Shown: in pieces, positions 1 through 9,806 of the stretch
Layout of the letters: every line of letters starts with the position of its first letter
Numbering within the stretch: position 1 is the first letter of the stretch
Assembly (NCBI GenBank): GCA_963711565.1
Contig: CAVQEQ010000004.1
Coordinates: 64,001-128,000, forward strand
Direction of reading: 5' to 3'
DNA: 64,000 nt
DNA from: an uncultured delta proteobacterium
GTDB taxonomy: Bacteria > Desulfobacterota > Binatia > Binatales > Binataceae
Notes under the pieces: model-generated
The model's input: only the letters and a program-made list of their open reading frames with translations
Databases searched by the model: none
Told to the model about the DNA's origin: nothing
Translations under genes and position numbers: made by a program

Positions 1-6
1 GGGAAG

Positions 7-654
7 ATGGCAGTAAAGTCATTGCATGCCGTTGCGCAATCGAAACGCCCGCAGATGAGCTCCAGGGGCGAGCTGAAGCGCAAGCAGATTCTCGACGCGG
101 CCGCAAAGGTGCTGGCGCGTCGAGGCTATATAGGCACGCAATTATTCGAGATCGCCGAAGAGGCCGGCACGCAGTCGGGCAGCCTCTACTATCATTTCGA
201 ATCTCGCGAGGAGTTGATCGAGGAAGTGCTGCAGGAGGGAGTGCGGTTGTCGTTCGCCCGCAGTCGCGCGGTGGTCGACGCGATGCCGCCGCGAAGCACG
301 CCGCTCGAGCGGCTTTCGGCCGCGCTTCGGACCCATCTGAAGTTCCAGTTGGTGGAGAGCGACTACGCGCGGGCAGTGGCGCGATGCATCGGTCAATCTC
401 CGCAAGACATGTGGAAAAGAGTCAACGAAAAATTTCGGATCTATGGCAGGTTCTTCGACGACCTGATCCGCGCCGCGATGAAATCCGGAGAACTCGACCC
501 CAAGGTAGATCGCAGCGCACTTCGGATGCTGATAATCGGCGCCGCTAACTACACGCCTGAATGGTACCACCGCGAAGGATCGATGAATGCCGATCAGATC
601 TCGAACCTGCTCGTGCGGCTTCTGGTGCAGGGAGTTGGGACCGGGAGTCGGTAA
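7..654 (+). CDS. TetR/AcrR family transcriptional regulator (KstR2-like C-terminus)
   Basis: N-terminal HTH ILDAAAKVLARRGY...IAEEAG...SLYYHF; C-terminal ANYTPEWY motif. Confidence 0.9.
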   Translation: MAVKSLHAVAQSKRPQMSSRGELKRKQILDAAAKVLARRGYIGTQLFEIAEEAGTQSGSLYYHFESREELIEEVLQEGVRLSFARSRAVVDAMPPRSTPLERLSAALRTHLKFQLVESDYARAVARCIGQSPQDMWKRVNEKFRIYGRFFDDLIRAAMKSGELDPKVDRSALRMLIIGAANYTPEWYHREGSMNADQISNLLVRLLVQGVGTGSR

Positions 655-817
655 CGCCGCAGCGATGGACATCCTTAACGCTGAGACCGACCGCGGCGCG
701 TACATGCCTCGCAATTCGGAGCGCTCGAGCACCTTGTCGGTGGAATCAAGCGATTGCCGATGAGATATCGAAATCCTGCCAGCCTAAGGTCAGCGCTATA
801 AGAAAAGGGCCGAAAAG

Positions 818-1609
818 ATGATCTCGTTCGAGAGCAAGGTTGCAATCGTCACCGGCGCTGGGTCCGGCGTCGGCAGAGCAGCGGCGTTGCGTCTGGCCGT
901 TCTCGGGGCTCAGGTCATCGCGCTAGGACGCATGCGGAGCAAGGTCGACGAAACCGCGGCACAAATAAGGGAAAATGGCGGCCAAGCCCTCGCCTTAGCG
1001 CTCGATGTCGCCGAGCAGGGAGCTGGCGCTCGCGCCGTCGAGGAGACGCTTGCTACCTATGGTCGGCTGGACGTCCTGGTGAACAACGCGGCGATCGGGC
1101 GCAGCTACGAAAACGTTGCGCCGGGCAGCATGAGTCCATTGACGGAAACGACCGAAGAACTCTGGCGCGAAGTGATCGAGGTCGATCTCAACGCCGCGGC
1201 CTTCATGACCCGCGCGGCCCTCCCAGCCCTGATTGCCTCCGGCACAGGTGCGATAGTCAATGTGTCGAGCGTGTTTGGAATTCGTGGCAGCGATAGAGAT
1301 CACGCTTACAGCGCCGCAAAGGCTGGGCTGACCAACCTTACACGATCCTTAGCGGTGACTTACGGCAAGCACAACGTTCGCGCGAACTGCGTCGCGCCGG
1401 GGCTCATCGACACGGAGATGGCCGCCGATATCGTGGGTACCGGGTTTCTGAAGGACCCCAAGCGCCGCTTCATGGCTTCGCCGCTTGGTCGCGCAGCCGA
1501 ACCCGACGAGATCGCCGCAGTCGTCGTGTTCCTCGCGTCAAATGATGCGTCGTTCGTGAACGGCGCTGTTGTCGTAGTAGATGGCGGCTTGTCGGCTCGC
1601 GGCTTCTAA
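818..1609 (+). CDS. SDR family NAD(P)-dependent oxidoreductase
   Basis: TGAGSGVG, NNAA, YSAAK, NCVAPG, VDGG motifs. Confidence 0.92.
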   Translation: MISFESKVAIVTGAGSGVGRAAALRLAVLGAQVIALGRMRSKVDETAAQIRENGGQALALALDVAEQGAGARAVEETLATYGRLDVLVNNAAIGRSYENVAPGSMSPLTETTEELWREVIEVDLNAAAFMTRAALPALIASGTGAIVNVSSVFGIRGSDRDHAYSAAKAGLTNLTRSLAVTYGKHNVRANCVAPGLIDTEMAADIVGTGFLKDPKRRFMASPLGRAAEPDEIAAVVVFLASNDASFVNGAVVVVDGGLSARGF

Positions 1610-1678
1610 TCCGCGACCGATTCAGCCATCCACTGAACTCACAGGCCGTCCTTGAGGAACAATGCGCGCGGTTTAGGG

Positions 1679-3103
1679 TCAAGTTCCAAGGAGTCGATCG
1701 ACCAATGCCTTATACTCCGCAACTACAGGCGATTTGTAAAAACGGCTGCGAGTCAAGTACGGATCGCCGGCGTAGAACCACTCATACTGAAGCTGGCGGC
1801 TGCCGAATTGTTCCCCGATCATGTCCCATGCGAGCTTGAACAACTGCACGCGGCGTCGCGCATCGACTCCCTTGCCTTGAAAGTATTGCTCGATGAATCC
1901 GGCGATCTCCGAATTCGCGAAATCCTTCTCGGTCGGTGTCATGATTAACCCGCTGCCGGCAACCTGACGGATTACCTCGGCCGCGCGCATTTGCGATTGC
2001 GGGCAGAACACCCACAGGGCAGCAGCTAGCGTACGCACCGCGCGCCGCTCCCTGCGCGCGGCCGCAACTTCGCTCACTGCGGCCCGCACCAGTCCGGTGA
2101 GTATCTCGACATTGGCGACGAGTTCTCCGAGCTGCGCCTGGACGTGGACCGCCTCGGAACGGCCGACCGCCTCAGCGAGGTAGCATGCGAGTCCGGTCAG
2201 AAACTTGAGCTTCACCATCCCGCGGATGATGCACTGCAGGAGTGCATAGCCCGGCACCTTGGAAATGAAATCGTTCGACGCCCCTATGTCTCCGTCGATG
2301 AAAACCCGCTCCCACGGCACGCAAACATCGTCAAAGAGTGCGAGCGCGTCCTCTTCATCGAAGCGGCCTGACAGCGGCCGATCGAAGCGGCTGCGCCCCT
2401 TGTCGTAGGACTCCCGGCAGATGAACTTGAGACCGGGAGTATTCATCGGGATGGCGAAGCATAGCGCGTATGCTTCATCACCGACCCCGCGCGGATAGAA
2501 CGGGCCCACGAACAACTCGTTGGCGAACGGTGCCAGGGTCAACAACATGCGTGCCCCTCGCACGATCAACCCGCGATCGGTCTCGCGCACGCGATGCAGC
2601 GCCAGCGCCGGATCGATCTGCCCGGCAGGCCCTTTCGAGCGATCGATCTGTGGGTTGACGAGGGTGTGGGTGAGACACCAATCGTTCTCGCGGCAATCCA
2701 GATAATAACGCGCCAGGTTGTCGGTATAGCGGCGGCCGTGCCGACTGGGAGTTTCCATGAATGCTGCCGCGTCGGTGACCAACGCGTTCATGAAGTCCGG
2801 CATGCGACCCATTAGCCCAAAGGTCATCTCGCAACGGATTTCTTCAGCGTGTCAACGCCGCTCCACCTCCTCATCCGTCTCGCCCACTAGAAATGACATC
2901 GCGACTGGATCACCGGTTGTCGGGGAGCGGTAGGTGAGCTCGTTGGGCCGCTCTTTCTGTACGTCATAAAGCGATGCAAGGGTCTCAATTATCCCCTCGA
3001 AGGGGCGGTAACTGGTGACGTCATCCACCCGCTGTCCGTCAACGTAGATGGTTCGTCCATCGCGGATGCTTTCGCGAAATTCACTTCCCGACCGGATTCC
3101 CAT
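1679..3103 (-). pseudogene. 4-hydroxyphenylacetate 3-hydroxylase (HpaB-like) oxygenase with an internal in-frame TGA
   Basis: MGIRSGSEFRESIRDGRTIYVDG starts at 3103; TGA at 2854-2852; same frame continues into MTFGLMGRMPD...LIVRGARMLLTLAPFANE...FDEEDAL...FGSRQLQYE. Confidence 0.8.
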
Positions 3104-3134
3104 TGGATTGTTCCTCTGTCCTGGCTCGCAATAA

Positions 3135-4262
3135 TCAGTGACCGGTTGCCTTTGTCGCCAATGCTGCTGGATTCTCCGGGGCACGATCCCCGCGCCACGC
3201 GATATGTAAATCGGGCCGCAGAAGCAGCACCGAACAGCCGTAAACCTGGCGAACCTCAGGCTCATCGAGGCGTAATAGTTTGAATGGCGCTCCGAGCGCG
3301 TGAAATGCCCGCTCCAGCCCATCCGTCTCGCAGTCTCCACGCAGGTCGAGCAGCGTATAGTCGTCGCCGAGCAAGTCCTGGATGGCGCGGCCATCCTTGA
3401 GCCACATATGCGGGATCCGCACGCCCGGGCGAGTGTGCGGCGTGTAAACGCAGGTATCCCATTGCTCGACGCCAGTGGACTCAGTGGCGATAAGCGGCGA
3501 CCCAGCATAGCTATAGCCGAACTCGACGCCACGCATGTCGTGCATGCGTCGGTGGTTGATGTTGGCAGAGGCAGCAATTTCCGCGCGTAACGCGGCGCCC
3601 GCGGGCGTATCGTCGCGAACATTCGGCGTGATCAGTCGGCGCCAGATGGGTACACCCGCAGCTGCCCATCCGGCCGCGTCGCGATTGCGAAGTCCGATAG
3701 GACGTCGCTCTTGTTCGTAGGCGTCAAGAAGCGCCGACCCGCCCCATCCTTGGATGACCCCGGTCAGCTTCCATGACAGATCGAAGGCGTCGCCGACGCC
3801 AGTATTCATTCCCAGGCCACCGGTTGGGATGACGAGATGGACCGCGTCACCGGCTATAAACACGCGACCGTCGCGATAGCGCTCGGCGACCAGCAGATGC
3901 TGACGCCATGGCACGACGATACGAATTTCAATTTCACAGGGAAACCCGATGAGATCACGAAGGACCGGCTCGAAATCGGTATCCGCGGGCAAACTGGTAT
4001 GAAAGGTGAACTCGGTGCGGCAGCCTTGTACCACGATCGTCGAGCCATTCGGATGCGCGAAGTTGTAGTGGCGTCCTTTTCCGATCGGAATCCGTTCGAA
4101 GAGGTCTTTTGATCCAAAAATGACTTGGCAGACATCCTGTATACCGCCGCGCCCTTCGAGTTGGATGCCGAGTTTCTTGCGGACTGTGCTTGAGCCTCCA
4201 TCGCATCCGACCAGATAGCCCGCGCGCAGCGTCTGCTCCGATCTGTCGAATACGCGCATAGC
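3135..4262 (-). pseudogene. FAD-dependent monooxygenase (PheA/TfdB-like), 5'-truncated
   Basis: Has YLVGCDGG, GDAVH..PTGGLGMNTG and C-terminal LLRPD, but no N-terminal GxGxxG FAD-binding segment. Confidence 0.75.
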
Positions 4263-4282
4263 GAGCTGATGGGGCATCTGGC

Positions 4283-4729
4283 ATGAGGCCGGCAGTACCT
4301 GTGGTATTCCAGACGATGGCGAAGGACCTGGTGGAGCGTGTCATTCCCGCGATAAGCCCGGCCTATCATCAGGGAACCATCGGCATGATCGCCAACATGC
4401 TTTCGATCACCGGCGAAGAATGGGACCGTGGTGCCAGCCGGCGGATCGAGGAGAACGGCCGTCTTCGCGAGATTTTCCGCGACGGCGCCAAGGTCTCGAA
4501 AAACGCGGCGCTGAACACACGTCTGATAAGACTGGCAGAGAGCACGGACAGCGACTTTCGAATCTCTGCGCTTGAGAGCGACAATTGCACGCTGCGCGCT
4601 ACACTGATCGAACTGCACGCACAGATCGAAAAGCAGTCCGGACCAGAGGCTCGCAGGCTCGAGGAGATCATATGGAGAGAACTGGCTCGCTCAACCGAAC
4701 GCCGGCGCCTTTCGACCGCGCCGTTCTAA
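4283..4729 (+). CDS. conserved hypothetical helical protein
   Basis: Coding-like ORF; its ATG overlaps (ATGA) the stop of an upstream fragment ...ELMGHLA*. Confidence 0.65.
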   Translation: MRPAVPVVFQTMAKDLVERVIPAISPAYHQGTIGMIANMLSITGEEWDRGASRRIEENGRLREIFRDGAKVSKNAALNTRLIRLAESTDSDFRISALESDNCTLRATLIELHAQIEKQSGPEARRLEEIIWRELARSTERRRLSTAPF

Positions 4730-4804
4730 CTCTTCCCAACGATCTAAGGCGTCGTGGGTGATTCAAACTTGCATAGGAAGAGCCCCGGCTCTTAAGGAAG
4801 TACC

Positions 4805-5932
4805 ATGCTGAACAAGCTCGACGATTTTCCGGTCCATCAGACACCGGAACCGCTGGCGCATCCTGCGACGAGCGACCGCAATGCCTACGATCGAACCTGG
4901 TTCAACGGATACGCGCAGGACGGTTCCTATTATTTCGGCATTGGAATGGCGGTCTATCCGCATCGCGGGGTGCTGGATTGCGCTTTCAGCGTGGTGAGAC
5001 CTAATGCGCGGCAACACTGTTTTTTCGCGTCGCGGCGGGCGCCGATCGAACGCACCGAGATGAAGGTCGGCCCCTTTCGCATGGAGGTGGTCGAGCCGAT
5101 GCGTCGGACCCGGGTTGTGCTGGACGACAATGCCAGCGGCCTGTCGTGCGACATTACATTTTCGGCTCGCACCGCGTCGATCAAGGAAGGACGCCAGGTA
5201 TTGTGGTCCGGCGCGCGGCGAATAATGGATGCGACGCGATTCGATCAATTCGGCCGCTGGAGCGGTCGCATTCGTCATCCCGACGGCGAGATCGTGGTGA
5301 GCGATCATATTTGCCGCGGCACCAAAGATCGATCCTGGGGCGTGCGCAACGTGGGCGAGCGCGAGATCGGCGGTGCTCCAACTCAACCGGCAGGCGCATT
5401 CTTTCTGTGGGCTCCGCTCTTCTGGGATGACCACATAACCCATGCGATCTTTTTCGACGGTCCACGTGGCGAGGCTTTAATTCGCGAAGGCATCGTGGCG
5501 CCTCTCTACGCCAGTGAAGCTGAAGTGCCCGGCGTCGAGGACGGACGAGACAATCGGATGGCGACCGCGCGACATCGCATAAAGTATGTGCCGGGCACGC
5601 GGCTGGCCAAGTCGGCCGAAATAGATCTCGTCGATCTCGACGGGCACAGCCGCACGATAGCCCTGGAGCCCATTCTCAAATTCCAGATGAAAGGGCTGGG
5701 CTATTCTCATCCGCAATGGGGACAAGGGGTATGGAAAGGCGAATTGGAGATTGGTAGCGAGTCCTTCGACCCGCGTGAACTCAATATGCTGGCGCCCGAA
5801 AACATACACGTGCAGCAGGTGGTTCGTGCCAGCGATGGCAAGAGAACCGGTATTGGGGTGCTGGAGCAGGCGAGTATCGGACCTTACGCGCCGGCGGGGT
5901 TTGCCGATTTCTTCGACGGCGCGAGAGCCTAA
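4805..5932 (+). CDS. conserved hypothetical protein (tocopherol-cyclase/AttH-like beta-barrel type)
   Basis: MLNKLDDFPVHQ...YDRTWFN...KDRSWGVR motifs; RBS AAGGA. Confidence 0.7.
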   Translation: MLNKLDDFPVHQTPEPLAHPATSDRNAYDRTWFNGYAQDGSYYFGIGMAVYPHRGVLDCAFSVVRPNARQHCFFASRRAPIERTEMKVGPFRMEVVEPMRRTRVVLDDNASGLSCDITFSARTASIKEGRQVLWSGARRIMDATRFDQFGRWSGRIRHPDGEIVVSDHICRGTKDRSWGVRNVGEREIGGAPTQPAGAFFLWAPLFWDDHITHAIFFDGPRGEALIREGIVAPLYASEAEVPGVEDGRDNRMATARHRIKYVPGTRLAKSAEIDLVDLDGHSRTIALEPILKFQMKGLGYSHPQWGQGVWKGELEIGSESFDPRELNMLAPENIHVQQVVRASDGKRTGIGVLEQASIGPYAPAGFADFFDGARA

Positions 5933-5956
5933 TCGGCATCGGCTTCGAAGCGGGCT

Positions 5957-6064
5957 TTAGTCTCTCTTCGCGACAACTATGACCCTGGTGTGCACGGCGG
6001 CGTGCGCCGACTGGAACGCCAGCGAGAGGCCCACGATCAATCCGGCTATGATCGCCATCCGCAT
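5957..6064 (-). pseudogene. signal-peptide-only remnant of an exported protein (35 aa)
   Basis: MRMAIIAGLIVGLSLAFQSAHA-AVHTRVIVVAKRD*, directly downstream of the BON gene. Confidence 0.4.
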
Positions 6065-6076
6065 ATTTTTTCTCGA

Positions 6077-6490
6077 CTAGCTCTGAGGAACTGAAGGGTC
6101 AACTTGCAGTTCGTTGGTAACACTTCGTACGCCGCTGGCGTCCTTCGCGATCGCTACAGCACGCGATGCGACGTTCGAGTCGTGGACGCGGCCTTCCAGC
6201 GTCACGACACCGGCGGTCGTGGTGACGTGAATCTGGCCGGATCTCATGTCTGGGGCTACAGCCAGATTTGTTTTCACCGCCGCTGTGATAGTCGTGTCAT
6301 CCACCGCGGTAACCGCACCCTGATACGCATTCTGCGCCGCGCTTTCCGTGTTTTCGCCGGCCTGATGCGTCGAAGTGCTGGCGGGAACGCCGGAACCTGC
6401 GCTCGTCTCCTGTGCGACAGCTGGAATTGCCAGTCCAAATCCAAGAACCATCGCCGGTACTATAGCCAATATCTTGTTCTTCCTACTCAT
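6077..6490 (-). CDS. BON domain (OsmY-like) exported protein
   Basis: Signal peptide (AVA-Q), DDTTITAAVK...IHVTTTAGVVTLEGRV...GVRSVTNEL; RBS GAGGAG. Confidence 0.9.
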   Translation of the reverse strand: MSRKNKILAIVPAMVLGFGLAIPAVAQETSAGSGVPASTSTHQAGENTESAAQNAYQGAVTAVDDTTITAAVKTNLAVAPDMRSGQIHVTTTAGVVTLEGRVHDSNVASRAVAIAKDASGVRSVTNELQVDPSVPQS

Positions 6491-6557
6491 AGTCCTAATC
6501 TCCTCGTTAAGTGTCGGTGGGATCGAAATTCCAGACAATTGCTTGGCAGGGTCTTCG

Positions 6558-6629
6558 TCAAATCACGCCGAGCAGCATGAGCACGATAACGACTACAACA
6601 ATGCCGCCTAGTGAAATAGGTAGATACAT
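6558..6629 (-). CDS. 23-aa single-TM small protein
   Basis: MYLPISLGGIVVVVIVLMLLGVI*, GAGGAG 6 nt upstream of the ATG; too short for the ORF track. Confidence 0.65.
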   Translation of the reverse strand: MYLPISLGGIVVVVIVLMLLGVI

Positions 6630-7218
6630 GTCCAACTCCTCAGGCCTTGCTTGCAGGAATTATGGATGGTCTAGCGGAAGGCGGTCAAAGGCGAGAGGAA
6701 GAACCGCCGTTTGGGCTGGATCACATCGGGCTCGATACTTATGTCGATCCCTACTTGCTAAGGCTTACATGGCCGACTATGCAAAAGCCATCCAAAGGCC
6801 GTAGTGTTCGTTCTATAGAGAACTCTCATCTGCGATTCCATTGCTAGTACTGATCCGTTCTTCGCTCTGTGGATAAGCGTTGACGCGAACGTTCTGAATC
6901 GTTCTTCTCGGAACGCAGGGTGGATAGCGACAATAGCGCGTGACGACTAGACCATGATCGTCGGCTCTCATCCCCCTGCGAGCCGAAGGCACGCTTGGTC
7001 CACATGCCTTCATGGTGAAGCCAACGCGTGCCTTTTGTTCGAGAGATTTGGTCGCCGAAGTCTGCGCTGCTCGAAAGAGTCACAATTTCGGATTCGAAGT
7101 CGTGTTTGGTTACCTGAATAACGAAGACAGGCGACTTGAACCTGTATGCGTGGCGACTAACTGATATTGTCGATGATCCAGGAGTCTGATGACGAACATT
7201 CGCACCGGCATGGAATAA

Positions 7219-7626
7219 GTGACTTCGGAAATCGCACAGCTCGATCTTGAAGAACCACGCAAAGGTCGCATGGTATCCAAGATCGTCGACCTCCTGTATT
7301 TCTACAAAATCGGAGTGGGCATGCCACGAGACATCGCCACCAAAATGCGCCTCGTGATCGAGGCCTGCTGCACCTTTACAGATTTCGGCTCCTCCGACTC
7401 GGATCACTCGTTATCGAGCGTCGTTGCGAATTTCTGCGATACTGGTGAGCAAGATCCTGCTTGCGCACTTCTCGATGAGCTCGACGAGATTCACGGTTAC
7501 TCGGCGGATCAATGCCGCGAAGACGATCCCGCCGGCGACGACGCCGACGCGCTCAATGTTGTCGAGCTGATCGGCTTTGTTCTGCGCACGTTGGTAATCG
7601 TCCATGCGATGCCGAACCTGCCGTGA
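7219..7626 (+). CDS. hypothetical protein (strand uncertain)
   Basis: 135-aa ORF with no recognised motif; competing minus-strand ORFs. Confidence 0.25.
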   Translation: MTSEIAQLDLEEPRKGRMVSKIVDLLYFYKIGVGMPRDIATKMRLVIEACCTFTDFGSSDSDHSLSSVVANFCDTGEQDPACALLDELDEIHGYSADQCREDDPAGDDADALNVVELIGFVLRTLVIVHAMPNLP

Positions 7627-7981
7627 GTCGAGTCGCAATCGACAAGTCGCAATTGTAACCAGGTTAGCGTTTATTCCGTTCTCTAGAGCACGTAAGTCTT
7701 GGACCTTACCTTGACCTCACCGACGGGTACGCTCAGACTTGAATAGTCAGGACCGACATATGAATCGGGTCCGACTTTGATCCGGTCTGACTGTGGGCCT
7801 TTCTCTCGCCTTCTACCACTCTCCGCCAGACCAACTTAAAGCGCAGAAAGGAAGGCCCGTAGGGGCTCGCATGAGTTCGCTTCATTTCCGTCGCAAGCGG
7901 AACTTGGTCGGCACTATCGCGAGAGCTGAAGGTCACGATCGAACAACTCCACGAAATGCCTGGTGCCACTCCAGTACCCAA

Positions 7982-9796
7982 GTGTCAGCGCCGGTGAGTC
8001 GGACTACCGCCAAAGTTTCCAGCCTTGTCGAACTCCTTCGTTGGCGCGCCTTCCAGCAGCCAGAGCAACGGATCTACAGTTATCTGACCGACGGCGAAAC
8101 CGAAGGACCGCATCTCACCTATGAGGCGTTGGACCTGCAGGCTCGCGCTATTGGTGCGCTGCTCCAGAGCTACCACGCAAGCGGGGAGCGGGCGCTGTTG
8201 CTTTATCCGGCCGGGCTCGAGTTCATCTCCGCTTTTTTCGGATGTCTATATGCCGGGGTTATTGCAGTCCCTCTACCACCCCCGAATATGGCCCAGCCGC
8301 AGCGAACTCTGCCGCGGTTTCGCAACATCGTAAACGATGCTCAGCCGACTCTCGTACTGACTACATCATCGATCCTGGCCAAGGTTGAGAGCCTGTTCAC
8401 GCAAGCGCCGGGACTGCGGAAGCTGCGGTGGCTGGCCACCGACAGGCCCATCGACGGCGCGGAAGAGGAATGGCGTGACCCGGCAGCAACCGTTAAAACG
8501 CTGGCTTTGCTCCAATACACATCGGGTTCGACCGCTAATCCCAAGGGCGTAGTGGTTACTCACGAGAACCTGCTCGAAAACTCCGCCCACATCAGCCGGG
8601 CATTCGAGATCGCATCGGACGCCGTCTCGGTCATGTGGTTGCCGGTCTTCCATGACATGGGACTCACCAATGGAATTATCCAACCTCTATATGGAGGGCG
8701 TCAGTGCGTTCTCATGCCCCCGCAATCTTTTCTTCAGCGGCCGGCGCGATGGCTCCAGGCCATCTCCAAGTACGAAGCCACTATTAGTGGCGGCCCCAAT
8801 TTCTCCTATGAAATGTGCTCTCGCAAGGTTACCCCGGAGCAGCGCGAAGGTCTTGACCTCAGCAGTTGGAAGTTGGCCTACAATGGCGCCGAGCCGGTCC
8901 GCGCGGACACCCTGAAGCGATTTGCTGAGACCTTTGCCTCCTGTGGTTTCCGCGCAAGCTCTTTCTATCCCTGCTATGGACTCGCCGAAGCCACTCTCCT
9001 TGTTTCAGGTGGACTCGTAAAAGATGAGCCCATCCTGCGCACGATGCAGGTGTCGGAGCTCGAACACAACCACAACGGCATCGCGGAGACCTCCGATCGG
9101 CGCGTGAACGTCCGCACTCTGGTGGGATGCGGTCATGCAGTGGCGGACACACGAGTCGTTATTGTTAATCCTGAGTCGTTGACAGCTTGTGCCCCCGATG
9201 AGGTTGGCGAAATCTGGGTGTCTGCTCCGAGCGTCGCCGACGGCTACTGGAATCGGCCTGAGGAAACCGGGCTCACCTTCCACGCCTACCTCGCAGATAC
9301 CAGGGAGGGACCGTTTCTCCGCACTGGAGATTTGGGATTCCTCGGAGATGGGGAGTTGTTTGTCACCGGACGCTTGAAGGATCTGATTATCATCGGCGGC
9401 CGAAACCTCTATCCGCAGGAAATCGAACTGACTGTCCAGCAGAGCCATCCTGCCGTGCGGCCGGCTTGTTGCGCCGCGTTCTCGGTCGAGGTCGCCGATG
9501 AAGAACGTCTGATCGTCGCAGCCGAAGTGGAACCTCGCTACGCATCGAAACGGCATTCGGCCAACGGTAACGGCAACGGCAACGGCAATTTGCATCCGCA
9601 TACCAACGGACATCTGCCGCTCGATGTCGATGCGATGGTGCGCGCAATTCGACGAGCGGTTGCCGAAGAGCATGACGTGAGAGTGCACGCCGTTCTGTTG
9701 CTGCGAGCGGGCACCCTCCCTATGACTTCGAGCGGCAAGCTTCAGCGCGGTGCATGTCAGGCCGGCTTTCTGGACGGGACGCTCGCCAGCCTATGA
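7982..9796 (+). CDS. fatty acyl-AMP ligase (FAAL)
   Basis: LQYTSGSTANPKGV, WLPVFHDMGL, PCYGLAEATL, RTGDLGF, GRLKDLII..GRNLYPQEIE, TSSGKLQR; probable GTG start at 7982 (ORF open from 7793). Confidence 0.93.
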   Translation: MSAPVSRTTAKVSSLVELLRWRAFQQPEQRIYSYLTDGETEGPHLTYEALDLQARAIGALLQSYHASGERALLLYPAGLEFISAFFGCLYAGVIAVPLPPPNMAQPQRTLPRFRNIVNDAQPTLVLTTSSILAKVESLFTQAPGLRKLRWLATDRPIDGAEEEWRDPAATVKTLALLQYTSGSTANPKGVVVTHENLLENSAHISRAFEIASDAVSVMWLPVFHDMGLTNGIIQPLYGGRQCVLMPPQSFLQRPARWLQAISKYEATISGGPNFSYEMCSRKVTPEQREGLDLSSWKLAYNGAEPVRADTLKRFAETFASCGFRASSFYPCYGLAEATLLVSGGLVKDEPILRTMQVSELEHNHNGIAETSDRRVNVRTLVGCGHAVADTRVVIVNPESLTACAPDEVGEIWVSAPSVADGYWNRPEETGLTFHAYLADTREGPFLRTGDLGFLGDGELFVTGRLKDLIIIGGRNLYPQEIELTVQQSHPAVRPACCAAFSVEVADEERLIVAAEVEPRYASKRHSANGNGNGNGNLHPHTNGHLPLDVDAMVRAIRRAVAEEHDVRVHAVLLLRAGTLPMTSSGKLQRGACQAGFLDGTLASL

Positions 9797-9806
9797 GGTA
9801 CCAGCG

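Noticed and set aside
3104-3622. N-terminal 173 aa of ORF 2852..3622
   Set aside because: Alternative frame over the monooxygenase; only the part from ATG 3103 is HpaB-like
6844-7638. Minus-strand ORFs 6844..7407 and 7411..7638
   Set aside because: No motifs or clear RBS; cannot choose between strands
7740-7981. Possible riboswitch or leader upstream of FAAL (hairpin TTCCG-TCGCAAG-CGGAA; weak TTGACC-17-CAGACT promoter)
   Set aside because: No recognisable riboswitch consensus; would need an Infernal/Rfam search
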